Assembly (NCBI GenBank): GCA_964016885.1
Contig: CAXHJY010000109.1
Span: 62,001 to 126,000 of the forward strand
Length of the DNA stretch: 64,000 bases
Direction of reading: 5' to 3'
DNA from: Eledone cirrhosa
Taxonomy: Eukaryota
The notes below the pieces were generated by a model. The model had not been told where the DNA came from and made no database searches. It worked only from the letters and a program-made list of their open reading frames with translations. The position numbers and the translations under genes are program-made. The stretch's first letter is position 1. Every line of letters begins with the position of its first letter. This document shows positions 14,181 through 27,654 of this stretch, one piece after another.

Positions 14181-16031
14181 TAGAATACGATTTGAAACCT
14201 TAGGTAGCATACAAATGTGTTAAGAATGTATTTATAATATACACTAGCGCTGTACTTAATATAGAACGCTGTCTTTATCTAATCTATGGAAATTATTGGA
14301 ACTACACACACAAACATTATACAAACAAACATACATACAAAAATACACTCATAATTGAAATAGAAGCTTTCGCCGTAACATTGACCAAATAATATAGTTT
14401 AATAATAGGGAGCATAAATCCACTGACAGAGAAAGCTGGGTATATATATATGTACAGATACACGAATACAGTGTGGTAAGAAACTTTCACGATAGCTGGA
14501 TAGCAGGATGTCTTTAGAGAAGAAAACACCCTCAAACCAGTGTTTCAGCCCTTAATTACTTACATACTAAGGGGGCCGAGCTGAATCTAAGTCGTGACTT
14601 CTGGGTGCCCTTCTGACATCTAGCTATTCGGCTAGAGACTTGTGTATCTAACCACTTTTTGTTTACAAAGCTATAGAAACGCAAATAAAAGATACATCAT
14701 AGAAATATTATTAACGAAGGTGTTGAAATGTTTCCTTGGAAGTATTTAGTTGGCCCTTATATATTTTGGGAACAATGCCGTTGTCAAAATAATTAAGGAT
14801 CTAAAGCAACACAGATATATGTTCTTGTTTATTCGTTGGCATGTTGATTTACGAAAGAAGGGTAAGGTTTGGGGCTCATATAGTGTAGAGAAATATGGCG
14901 TTACCACTTGTATTCCACAGGGGCGGCGTTGTCACGTGATAGTGACGTGTGTGTGTGTGTGAACTAGGCGTTGTCACATGAGTGCGTGAACTGAGCACTA
15001 TCTTTTCTCAAAGCTAATATATTTCGATCTTGTCTAGAATAAAAGGGTTTGGCATGTATATCAAGAGTTGTTTAAAACTCTGATCCCTGAAAATTATCCC
15101 ATTCGATAAAACCATGTCTATAGTCAGGAATTTATGATAGCGAAGCGAGTGGTATAGTGGTTGGGACGCTGGGTTTTCAATCATAAGTTTGTGGTTTCTA
15201 TTGCTGGACTGGATAGCGTTTATCAGTCTTAAAGATGCTTTATTCCACTTTACTTTTCGTGATAACACCGGAACCACTCGTATTATAACTCCCAAGATCC
15301 TATATTTCCCGATAACACCGGGACCTCTCTTATTAAAACTCCCAAGAGCGCATATTTCACGTTACTAAAACTTATATTAAAACTTCCAAGATCCCATCTA
15401 TGAGATTTACGAAGCCAATTAAATCTGCAGAGGTTTGAGTTGTTAATTTCATCTTTATTTTCTTTCATTTAACCATATGATTGTGCAACGAACTTCTTCC
15501 CCATTCGGCCATGCTCTGTATATTGTAGATAACCGCATTTCAATGGGTTTGCTCTTAAACACAATACAGCTGGGCTGATTATCATTGGCTTTCAATTACT
15601 TTGGCACGGTTATACAATCGCATTCTTTTGTCACTTATTGTTAGGCCGAGCAGTTGTTTGTTGTGCTATTCCAATTACATTTCATATAAATCTTATTAAT
15701 GTCACTAATAATCTCTCCGAGTTGTAGTCCTTTATAATAATAGGTTTATTGTTATCTGTGCACCTGTAGATAACATTCAGGTTGTTTTGATTAACTAACT
15801 TCTAGTACGTGTTTAGCGAGGAAATGAATTCTTTATTAATTATAACAACATTCTCGTTATACTTATTGTTAAAATTTCTAGCAAATATTTCTACTCTACC
15901 AGGTGATGTTTACCAATCTCCTTCCATAATTTACTATCTAGATTTTACTTTTAGACGTACATAATATTTCAATATGTCTAAATGTGTAAAGAACGTGCAC
16001 TCCCATTTCTCTTGTATAATAATGATAAAAA

Positions 16032-16081
<50 letters not shown>

Positions 16082-16280
16082 CTAATATTAATAATAATAA
16101 TATTATTATTATCATATCGATAGTTTAGATATTTCAGTGAATACTGCAATATTAAATACTGGAGAGTCTTGGAATTAAGATGAGAAAAGGCAAGGATATA
16201 GAGAAGGAAACATTTCTGTAGTCTGAGTTATAGAACTATAATTACACATATATATATATACACTCACACACACACACATA

Positions 16281-16354
<74 letters not shown>

Positions 16355-16464
16355 TATAGATAATGTTATAATTATCTATAACTAAATATACATATATGTA
16401 TATGGGTGTGTATTGTAATATGAAAGTGAAATAAAAGTCGAAGATAAATTCTGAATTATTTCAT

Positions 16465-16586
16465 TGTTTTACGATCGTTTCAGAGGTTATTTAGTATCTT
16501 TAATGGAATCCCATGTGATGAGAGGCTAGTACAAAAACTATAGCTCTCACGGCCTGATATCATTGAACCCATCTCTTCAAGACTAC
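16465..16586 (-). ncRNA. Degenerate hammerhead motif with long stem II insert
   Basis: UUGAAGA (C3 to U) ... GAAAC-GAUC-GUA. Same palindromic stem III core as 27352-27499. Stem I is mismatched. Confidence 0.35.
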
Positions 16587-16719
16587 ATTGAGTTCTAACA
16601 ATGTTATCGGCTCCACCATAAACAAGACCGTTATTGTTCCAACCAGTACATTCACCATCGAGAACTACTCTATACATACACCTATAGTACACATATATAT
16701 ATATACAATATACATAACA

Positions 16720-16930
16720 AAGAGGGTGTGGTAAGATGCCAGGTGAACCATAACGCACGAGAGTACTCAATACTTAGGGTAGTAGAGTAGGTAATAGGAA
16801 AATAGTCAGGACCCCGACGGCTGAGCTCCGGCCATTTCGACAGCTAAATCCGATCTATATGTATGTATATTTAGTTCGGATCTAGCTGTTGAAACGGCTG
16901 GAGCTCAGCCGTCAGGGTCCTGGCCCTTTT
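16720..16930. mobile_element. Family H1 repeat with fold-back inversion
   Basis: Imperfect inverted arms at about 16805-16853 and 16876-16924. Confidence 0.65.
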
Positions 16931-17132
16931 ACCATATACATATAGAGAACAAACACAAGCAAACATCGAATGCCCCATGTGTAAACAACACACTTGGAAA
17001 ACAAAGCCAATAATAAACAAACATCTAGTAGACAAGACCATCAGACTCCAAACTTGTAAAAATTATATTTGTAAAACCTGAGCCAATCATGAAATAAATG
17101 TCTATGTTAGGGCTGAGACATCTTCCCAAAAT

Positions 17133-17815
17133 CCCTACCTCAGACATCCTCCATATATCGCTACCGCAGACACCATCCATATATCGCTACCTCAGACACC
17201 ATCCATATATCCCTACCTCAGACATCCTCCATATATCGCTACCTCAGACACCATCCATATATCGCTACCGCAGACACCATCCATATATCGCTACCTCAGA
17301 CACCATCCATATATCGCTACCGCAGACACCATCCATATATCGCTACCTCAGACACCATCCATATATCGCTACCGCAGACACCATCCATATATCGCTACCT
17401 CAGACATCCTCCATATATCGCTACCGCGGACATCCTCCATATATCGCTACCTCAGACACCATCCACATATCGCTACCGCAGACACCATCCATATATCGCT
17501 ACCTCAGACACCATCCACATATCGCTACCGCAGACACCATCCATATATCGCTACCTCAGACACCATCCATATATCCCTACCTCAGACACCATCCATATAT
17601 CGCTACCTCAGACACCATCCATATATCGCTACCTCAGACACCATCCACATATCGCTACCTCAGACACTATCCATATATCGCTACCGCAGACACCATCCAT
17701 ATATCGCTACCTCAGACACCATCCATATATCGCTACCTCAGACACCATCCATATATCCCTACCTCAGACACCATCCATATATCGCTACCTCAGACACCAT
17801 CCATATATCCCTACC
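17133..17815. repeat. 26-bp minisatellite, about 26 copies
   Basis: Unit CAGACACCATCCATATATCGCTACC(T/G). Explains ORF 17098-17820. Confidence 0.95.
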
Positions 17816-19955
17816 ATTAACCCGTCCCACAATAAGTGTGGGGAGACGGAATTTTTCAAGCTGCAGCCGTCAAATTACGCAGTTTCTCTATAAATAGAGA
17901 CATTAAATATCAATTATTGATAAATGTCTGTGTGTGTGTATGCTGTGTGGTGGGTGGTGCGTGGTGCGTGGTGGGTGGGGTGGGGTGGGGTGGGTCTATG
18001 TGTGTGTGTGTGTGCTTGCGTGTTCTGTCAGGCCAACGGTTGAAAAACAAAACAACATTAACAAAGCTACCGTTTGATATAGTCGGAAAATAGACTTAAA
18101 GTTTTGGACGTTAATCCTTCGTCGGAAGACAGAAAAGGAAAGAAGAAAGGAATCAAAGCACGTATCACTGTTAGTAAGTCATATTGGATATCTCTATATA
18201 AAAATGTATACAAAATAATAAACGGAATCAACTAATCAATCACGACAGTAGAATGACGAGATATATTAGTTTAACGCTTAATATAGTAGTAAAAGTGTCT
18301 TTACATTTAGGACACCAGTCCTTCGGCAGAAGATTGAATGAGAAATGAAAGATGAAATAGAAAGAGGAGGAGGAAGAGGAAAGCATAGAAGAAGCACGGA
18401 TGTACTAAGTCAGCCATTTTGGAGAAAATGGAGAAAAACACACAGACACACACACACACATATATATACACACATATATATACATATGTCTCTCTCTCTA
18501 TATATGTATATACAGACACACAGAGACACGTAATGACATACAAACACACATACACACACACACGTGTAATGACACACAAACGCAAAGACACACACACATG
18601 TGTAATGACACAAACGTACACACACACACGTGTAATGACACAAATGCACGCACGCACACAAACACACACACATACACAAAGTGAGGGGGGGGGGGCATCC
18701 AAACGATGTCTGTAGTAGCGGCGGGGGTGGGAGATATACAAACAAGACAATCTAATTAGAATGATGTTCAGGCGGGACAGCATCACGAATGGAAGCTATG
18801 GCGTCTGAGTGGGCGTGTGTGTGTGTGTGTGCGTGTGTGTGCGTGTGTGTGTGTGGAAGGGGAGGGGGGTTTACAACACAGTGACGCAGAATAAAAGAGT
18901 GATTGTAATACTATCATTAAATGTGTTGTGTGTGAGTGTGTGTGAGTGTGAGTGTGAGTGTGTGAGTGTGAGTGTGAGTGTGAGTGTGAGTATGTGTGTG
19001 TGTGTGAGTGTGTGTGCGTGTGTGTGAGTGTGTGCGTGTGTGTGTGTATGTGTGTGCGTGTGTGAGTGTGTGTGCGTGTGTGTGAGTGTGTGCGTGTGTG
19101 TGTGTGTGCGTGTGTGTGAGTGTGTGAGTGTGTGTGTGTGAGTGTGTGAGTGTGTGAAAGTGTGTGAGTGTGAGTGTTTGTGTGTGTGAGTGTGTTTGTG
19201 AGTATATTAGAGTGTGTGACCATGTGTGAGTGAGTGTGGATGAGTGGGTGAGTATGTGTGTGTGTGTGAGAGTTTGATTGAGTGTGTGTATGAGTATGTG
19301 TCAGTGTATGTGAGTATGTGTGTGTGTTTTTGAGTGAGTGTATGTGAGAGTGTGAGTGAGTGTGACAGTGTGTGTGAGTGTGTGTGTATATGAGCAAGTG
19401 ATTCTGTGTGTATGTGAGTATACATGCATATCTTGGTATGTGTGAGAGTATGTGTGTATGTAGATGTGGGTGTATATGTGTATGTGGAAGACACTGTGTG
19501 TGTGTGAGTGTGTGTGTATGCGTGGGTGTGGACGTAAGTGTGAATGAATGTCTACGTTTGCATGTGTGTGTATGCTGTGTATGACTATATATATGTGTGT
19601 GTGTGTGTGTGTAGGTGTGTGTGTGTGTGTGTGTGTGTACGTGTGTGTGTGTACGTGTGTGTGTACGTGTGTACGTGTGTGTGTGTGTATATGTGTGTGT
19701 ATGTGTGTACGTGTGTGTATGCCTGTTTGTGTGTGTGTGTGTCATTGTGTGTGTGACTAATGAAGGAGAATGAGAGGGTTAGTTACACACTCACACACAC
19801 ACTCACACACATACATTCACACACACACACATATTCACACACACATGAGAGTCAACGTAATACAATCATATCGAATAATTGAGCAATTAGCTTAGCACTA
19901 AATTCAATTATGTACGTGTGTGAGCTTACATGCATATACATATGTACACACATAT

Positions 19956-19994
<39 letters not shown>

Positions 19995-20142
19995 TATATA
20001 TATATACACACATATATATATACACTCACATATATATACACAATTATATATACACACATATATACACACACACACACAGACACCTATATATATATACACA
20101 TATATACACGGATTTCTACCAACATGTGTGTGTGCATATGTA

Positions 20143-20199
<57 letters not shown>

Positions 20200-20269
20200 A
20201 TATACATATATATATATACATATATATATATACATATATATATACATATATATATACATATATATATAC

Positions 20270-20300
<31 letters not shown>

Positions 20301-20318
20301 CATATATATATATACACG

Positions 20319-20370
<52 letters not shown>

Positions 20371-20647
20371 TGTTGGTAGGAATCCGTAGCTATCAAGGAA
20401 AAGAGAGATTATTTAGTCTAAACAAAGTTGCATACACTTACCATACATGTGCTACCAATGGTTTCGGGCTCCAGTTATGGCCACCACTGTGTAATGTTCG
20501 AGGTACTTTTAAACTGACCCTTCATCCAAGCATGTGTCTGAATGAAACCAATGGTAGCACATACATGTTAAGCAGATGAAAGCTTTCAAATGAAACAGTC
20601 CTAGTTCTGTAGAAGCCATTTCTATATTAAACATTATATATATACGC

Positions 20648-20996
20648 CATACTTTCCAGCATAGTTACGTCCCTTTACGGTCTGAGTTCAAATCCCGCCG
20701 AGGTTAACTTTGCCTTTCATCCTTACGGGGTCGATAAAATAAAGTACCAGTAATGTACTGGGTAATTGCTGGCCTTGTGCCAAAAGTAAAAACAATTATA
20801 TATATATATATGGTGGATTGGCAGTATCGGTAGAGGGTCGGACGCCATGCTTTGACGCATAGAGTTACGGCCCTTGCCATTCTCAGTTCAAATCCCGTCG
20901 AGGTTAACTTTGTCTTTTCATTCTTATGGGGTCGATAAAATAAAGTACCAGTAATGCACTGGGGGTAATTGCTGGCCTTGTGCCTAAAGTAGAAAC

Positions 20997-21001
<5 letters not shown>
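20648..21001 (+). mobile_element. Two tandem SINE family A copies (first is 5'-truncated)
   Basis: B boxes at about 20685 and 20885. Both end in gccttgtgcc..aagta.aaacaattat followed by (TA)n. Confidence 0.9.
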
Positions 21002-21041
<40 letters not shown>

Positions 21042-22044
21042 AATAAAGTAAGGAGTGCGGGACTGCGTCCAGAATATATTTTTTTATCCCGTTTGTAAAA
21101 TAAGTTGGATTACTTTGAATAAATAATTAATGAATATTACATAATTTATCCACTAAATTTCGTTATTCTTGATTAAATATAAATAATTTTGTTGCTTATT
21201 TTAAGATTCACTTCTTTAAAATGTTAAAACGTCAACACTTCCGGTTAGCGATCGCTTAAATAAACATTCATATATAATATCGTTTTTTTTTTTAATGTAT
21301 CATGGGTTACTTTACTGATTACATAAGAGAGCTTAACGCAGTCTTCGTTCAATTTCTATGTATATTGTCAATTACGATTTTAGTTGATGTATCATATCTA
21401 CATGTATATATACTTGCGTATAATATTAATATGTACACCACACATACTAGCAGAAAACCACACGAAGAGTGGTTTTTCTGCTAGTATATATAATAAAAAT
21501 AACGAAGATCACTGGTATAAATTCAACGTCCCCGGCCAGCGTCTAGCTCACTCAATGAATCTGGCGAATTATATATAACTTTACAAATACAGATATTACT
21601 TCTGCAATGTTCAGAAAATCACGCAATATCAGCGGGTATTTACGTAATCGGGCTATTACACGTCTTCAGCGGGGTTGCCCAAATCATACCATAGGTCTGT
21701 GTAGTGTGAGCTAGCCATCACTTCACAGCAATCCCTCACTCACTCCGTCTCTAATGAAAAGAGGAAGAATCTCTCGGACCATAACACGTGGTTTTGGTAG
21801 TTGAATTCAAACAAAGGAATTCGCGCCAAAACAAAGTACTCAACCGGTTTCTAGTATATGTGCATACATACATAACGAGGTGTATATATATATAGATATA
21901 CACAGACACATATAGCCTTAGAAAATGTAGACATCCCAAAATCAGAACATATCTGTAACTACAGTCGCTTGTTATAAATAATAGCTCAGAAAACCTGGTA
22001 AAATAATCTGATAGCCGGAAAATAGTGGTCAGTGACATCACGTG

Positions 22045-22600
22045 AGAGTGAGTGGAGGAAGGAGGGGAGGAGTGAAGGAGTGAGTGAAGGAGTGAAGGAG
22101 TGAAGGAGTGAGTGAGTGAAGGAGTGAGTGAGTGAAGGAGTGAGTGAGTGAGTGAAGGAGTGGAGGGAGGAGGGAGTGAAGGAGTGGAGGGAGGAGTGAG
22201 TGAAAGAGTGGAGGGAGGAGTGAATGAAGGAGTGGGGGGAGGAGGGAGTGGAGGAGTGGAGGTAGGAGTGAGTGGAGGAGTGGAGAGAGGAGTGAGTGGA
22301 GGAGTGAGTGGAGGAGTGGAGGGAGGAATGAGTGGAGGGAGGAGTGAGTGAAGGAGTGAGTGAAGGAGTGAAGGGAGGAGGGAGTGGAGGAGTGAGTGAG
22401 TGAGTGAGTGGAGGAGTGGAGGAGTGGAGGAGTGGAGTGAGTGGTGGAGTGGAGTGAGTGGTGGAGTGAGTGGAGGAGTGAGTGGAGGGAGGAGTGGAGG
22501 AGGTGAGTGAGCGAGTGTGTGTGTGCGTGTTTGTGTAGGTTTAAGCATGCGCATGGGAGCATATATTCACATATCTAAGTGTGTTTGATTGCGCATTACA

Positions 22601-22636
<36 letters not shown>

Positions 22637-23903
22637 CGAGCCCGTATATAAATTTGAGTGATATTTACGGATAAAGAGAGAGGCATGAAGAGAGAGGGAG
22701 AGAGAGAAGAAGCATGAAGAGAGAGGGAGAGAGAGAAGAGGCATGAAGAGAGAGGGAGAAAGAGAAGAGGCATGAAGAGAGAGGGGGAGAGAGGGAGAGA
22801 GAGAAGAGGCATGAAGAGAGAGGGAGAGAGAGAAGAGGCATGAAGAGAGAAGGAGAGAGAGAAGAGGCATGAAGAGAGAAGGAGAGAGAGAAGAGGCATG
22901 AAGAGAGAAGGAGAGAGAGAAGAGGGGAAAGGGGAGAGAGAGGAAAGGGGGAAGGGGAGAGGGGGGAGGGGAAGAGGGTGTGAAGGGACAGGGGGGAGAG
23001 ATGAAGGACATGAAAGAATCTGATGAAAGAGAGAGGAATGGTAAAAGAGAGAGAGATGGTTGGGGGGGGGGGGGGCACAGCAGTGAAAGAAGAGGAAACG
23101 TGTGTGTATGAGAGTGTGTGAGAGTATGTGTGTATGAGAGTGTGTGAGAGTATGTATGTGTATGAGAGTGTATGTGTGTATGAGAGTGTGTGAGAGTAAG
23201 AGAGTGAGAGAGTATGTGTGTGTATGAGAGTGTATGTGTGTATGAGAGTGTGAGAGTGTGAGAGTATGTGTGTGTGTGAGAGTATGTGTGTGTATGAGAG
23301 TGTGAGAGTATGTGTGTGTGTGTGTATGAGAGTGTATGTGTGTATGAGAGTGTGTGAGAGTATGTGTGTGTGTGTATGAGAGTATGTGTGTATGAGAGTG
23401 TGTGAGAGTATATGTGTGTGTGTATGAGAGTGTGTGTGTGTATGAGATTGTATGTGTGTATGAGATTGTATGTGTGTATGAGTGTATATAAGTGAATGTG
23501 TATGTGTGAGTGTATAAGTGAATGTGTTTGTGTGAGTGTATATGAGAGTGTGTATGTATGTGTATGAGTGTGTGAGTGTATATGAGAGTGTGTATGTATG
23601 TGTATGAGTGTGTGTGTGTGTGTGTAGGTGTTAGAAAGTGTGAACGACAATGTAAAAAAGTGTGTGCACGTGTGTATGAATATCAGAGAAAGAGGGAGAG
23701 AGTGTGTGTGTATACATGTGAGAGAGAGAGAGAGTGTCAGAGAGAGAGGGAGAGAGAGAGAGTGTGTGTGTCAAAGAGAGAGAGTGTTTCAGAGTGAGAG
23801 TGTGTGTGTGTGTGTCAGAGAGAGAGTGTGTGTGTGTGTGTGTCAGAGAGAGAGAGAGTGTGTGTGTGTGTGTCAGAGAGAGAGAGTGTGTGTGTGTGTC
23901 AGA

Positions 23904-23936
<33 letters not shown>

Positions 23937-24360
23937 TGTGTGTGTGTCAGAGAGAGAGAGAGAGTGTCAGAGAGAGAGAGAGAGAGATAGTGTGTGTGTC
24001 AAAGAGAGAGAGTGTTTCAGAGTGAGAGGGTGTGTGTGTGTGTCAGAGACAGAGAGAGTGTGTGTGTGTGTGTGTCAGAGAGAGAGAGAGAGTGTGTGTG
24101 TGTGTGTCAGAGAGAGAGAGAGAGTGTGTGTGTCAGAGAGAGAGAGAGAGTGTGTGTGTGTCAGAGAGAGAGGGTGTGTGTGTGTGTGTGTCAGAGAGAG
24201 AGGGTGTGTGTGTGTGTGTGTCAGAGAGAGAGAGAGAGAGAGTGTGTCCGTCAGAGAGAGAGTGTGTGTGTGTCAGAGAGAGAGGGTGTGTGTGTGCGTG
24301 TGTGTGTCAGAGAGAGAGGGTGTGTGTGTGTGTCAGAGAGAGAGTGTGTGTGTCTGTGTG
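22045..24360. repeat. Low-complexity GGAGT/GA/GT tracts, including a ~28-bp GAAGAGGCATGAAGAGAG minisatellite at about 22675-22920
   Basis: Direct inspection. Confidence 0.85.
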
Positions 24361-24715
24361 TTCTGGTGGACTCCTGTAAAAAAGAGACAATCTGTGAAGA
24401 TGGAAGCGGCGGCGGCGGAGGTTTAGTGTGGTGGTGGTGGTGGTGGTGGTGGTCAGAGAGAAGGAGGAAGACAGAGTGTTTAGTGTGGTGGTGATGGTGG
24501 TGGTGGTCAGAGAGAAGGAGGAAGACAGAGTGTTTAGTGTGGTGGTGGTGGGGATAAGGCCGATGTAAGAGGGGAGGGAGGGGCGGGGGAGAGATTTTTC
24601 CCATTTAATTGATTAAAAGGACTCAACGACTGAAGTCTGGGGTAATTTGACCAAACAACCTCTCTCCCTTCCCCTCTCTCTCTATATATATATAAATAAA
24701 TCTCTCTCCCTCTGA

Positions 24716-24748
<33 letters not shown>

Positions 24749-24782
24749 TTACACACGCATATAGTCACACGTAGATAAATAT

Positions 24783-24786
24783 GATG

Positions 24787-24857
<71 letters not shown>

Positions 24858-24957
24858 AACAATGGTGTTGGTAGTAGCAGTAATAGTAATAGTAGTAGTA
24901 GCAATAGTAGTGATAGTAGTAGTAGTGGTGGTAGCAATGGTAGTAGTAGTAAGTGTG

Positions 24958-24997
<40 letters not shown>

Positions 24998-26460
24998 TAG
25001 TAGCAATAGTAGTAGTGGTAGCAATGGTAGTAGTAGTAGTAGTAATGGTGGTGGTGGTAGTAGTAGCAATAGTAGTAATAGTAGTAGTAGTAGTAGCAAT
25101 AGTAGTAGTAGTAGTAGTTGTAGTAGTAATGGCGGTAGTAGTAGCAATAGTAGTAGCAATAGTACTAGCAATAGTAGTAGTAGTAGTAATGGCGGTGGTG
25201 GTAGTAGTAGTAATGGCGGTGGTGGTGGTAGTAGTAATGGTGGTGGCGGTAGTAGTAGTAGTAATGGTGGTGGTGGTAGTAGTAGTAATGGCGATGGTGG
25301 TAGTAGTAGTAGTAATGGTGGTGGTGGTGGTGGTAGTAATGGTAGTAGCAATAGTAGTAGCAATAGTAGTAGCAATAGTAGTAGTAATGGCGATGGTGGT
25401 AGTAGTAGTAGTAATGGTGGTGGTGGTAGTAGTAGTAATGGTAGTAGCAATAGTAGTAGCAATAGTAGTAGTAATGGAGATGGTGGTAGTAGTAGTAGTA
25501 ATGGTGGTGGTGGTAGTAGTAGTAATGGTAGTAGCAATAGTAGTAGTAATGGCGATGGTGGTAGTAGTAGTAGTAATGGTGGTGGTGGTAGTAGTAGTAG
25601 TAATGGTGGTGGTGGCGGTGGTGGTAGTAATGGTAGTAGCAATAGTAGTAGTAATGGCGGTGGTGGTAGTAGTAGTAGTAATGGTGGTGGTGGTAGTAGT
25701 AGCAATGGTAGTAGCAATAGTAGTAGCAATAGTAGTAGCAATAGTAGTAGCAATAGTAGTAGTAATGGAGATGGTGGTAGTAGTAGTAGTAATGGTGGTG
25801 GTGGTAGTAGTAGTAGTAATGGTGGTGGTGGTAGTAGTAGTAGTAATGGTGGTGGTGGTAGTAGCAATAGTAGTAGCAATAGTAGTAGCAATAGTAGTAG
25901 TAATGGAGATGGTGGTAGTAGTAGTAGTAATGGTGGTGGTGGTAGTAGTAGTAGTAATGGTAGTAGCAATAGTAGTAGCAATAGTAGTAGCAATAGTAGT
26001 AGCAATAGTAGTAGTAATGGTGATGGTGGTAGTAGTAGTAGTAATGGTGGTGGTGGTAGTAGCAATAGTAGTAGCAATAGTAGTAGCAATAGTAGTAGTA
26101 ATGGCGATGGTGGTAGTAGTAGTAGTAGTAATGGTGGTGGTGGTAGTAGTAGTAGTAATGGTGGTGGTAGTAGTAGTAGTAGTAATGGTGGTGGTGGTAG
26201 TAGTAGTAGTAATGGTGGTGGTGGTAGTAGTAGTAGTAATGGTGGTGGTGGTGGTGGTAGTAATGGTAGTAGCAATAGTAGTAGCAATAGTAGTAGCAAT
26301 AGTAGTAGTAATGGAGATGGTGGTAGTAGTAGTAGTAATGGTGGTGGTGGTGGTGGTAGTAATGGTAGTAGCAATAGTAGTAGCAATAGTAGTAGCAATA
26401 GTAGTAGTAATGGAGATGGTGGTAGTAGTAGTAGTAATGGTGGTGGTGATGGTGGTAGTA
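24783..26460. repeat. Compound trinucleotide (GTA/GTG/GCA/ATG) repeat
   Basis: Direct inspection. Open in several frames on both strands. Confidence 0.95.
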
Positions 26461-26694
26461 TCATTGATCTTTTCTAATTGAATCTGTCTCTGACACCTGT
26501 ACAATATCAATTACGATCAGCCAGTCACTATCGATACTATTTACATCCAATACTATAATTGATTGTATAGTAACAGGACAAATAGTACCTCACTACCTTA
26601 CTATCAGCCTATCAGCCACTGATTCGAAACTATTCACAAGGAACGCACCTACACACACACACACACACACACATTATATATATATATATATATA

Positions 26695-26727
<33 letters not shown>

Positions 26728-26782
26728 TGTGTGTGTGTCTGTGTGTGTGTCTGTGTGTGTGTCTGTGTCTGTGTCTGTGTCT

Positions 26783-26846
<64 letters not shown>

Positions 26847-26848
<2 letters not shown>

Positions 26849-26961
26849 TCTGAGTTCAAATCCGGCCGAGGTTGACTTTGCCTTTCATCCTTACGGGGTC
26901 GATAAAATAAAGTACCAGTAATGTACTGGGTATTTGCTGGCCTTGTGCCTATAGTAGAAAC

Positions 26962-26968
<7 letters not shown>
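26847..26968 (+). mobile_element. SINE family A, 5'-truncated
   Basis: Starts near B box GAGTTCAAATCC and retains the central domain and tail. Confidence 0.9.
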
Positions 26969-26992
<24 letters not shown>

Positions 26993-26996
<4 letters not shown>

Positions 26997-27076
26997 ATAG
27001 AAGGAGCTTCTACAGGACTAGTACTGTTTCATTCAGATGAAATCTTCAGGAAGCTCCTTCTATAGGACTAGTAAAC

Positions 27077-27115
<39 letters not shown>

Positions 27116-27259
27116 ATAGAAGGAGCTTCTACAGGACTAGTACTGTTTCATTCAGATGAAATCTTCAGAAGCTCCTTCTATAAAATAAAAAAAATTTACT
27201 CTGCCATGTATTGAGTACCTTACTTACTGTGGTTACCCCCGACTCAACCCGGGACCTAC

Positions 27260-27262
<3 letters not shown>
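26993..27262 (-). mobile_element. Tandemly duplicated short repeat with hammerhead-like core (probable Penelope-like terminus)
   Basis: Two copies (about 27003-27057 and 27122-27176) of CUGAAGA-UUUCAUCUGAAU-GAAAC-AGUACUA-GUC inside GGAGCUUC/GAAGCUCC. Related sequence at 20570-20615. Confidence 0.5.
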
Positions 27263-27312
<50 letters not shown>

Positions 27313-27351
27313 GATAAATCTACCAAGAGTTTACGGTAGTGTCATTAGTGT

Positions 27352-27499
27352 ATTATTTCTGAAGACGGCATATATATGTGTTGGTATGTATATTTAATTT
27401 TGATAGTTTGTATAATTTTGTATAATTTTGTACATAGATCTGTTGAATATGCATGCCAATTCTAACACATATATATCCTAGAAACGATCGTTAAATAAT
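27352..27499 (+). ncRNA. Type I hammerhead motif with long stem II
   Basis: AUUAUUU-CUGAAGA-[15-bp stem AUAUAUAUGUGUUGG/CUAACACAUAUAUAU around a ~77-nt loop]-GAAAC-GAUC-GUU-AAAUAAU. Confidence 0.65.
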
Positions 27500-27556
27500 G
27501 AACTTTTTTTGTTTAATATAAGGAACTGTTTCATTGTTTTATTCATTATTTTTTTA

Positions 27557-27605
<49 letters not shown>

Positions 27606-27654
27606 AACAAGGGGAGAAGAATACTGCATGGTTGCACATGGATTCTTTCTATCT

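Noticed and set aside
15000-15930. About 900 bp of non-repetitive sequence with short ORFs
   Set aside because: No motif recognised. Possibly a decayed element, but unsupported without a search.
18095-18135. Hammerhead-like remnant (also 9745-9815, 47360-47375, 52535-52575)
   Set aside because: Core nucleotides are mutated or one half is missing.
24765-26510. 581-aa Thr-rich mucin-like ORF
   Set aside because: Trinucleotide repeat open in several frames on both strands, with no convincing donor site or flanking domain.
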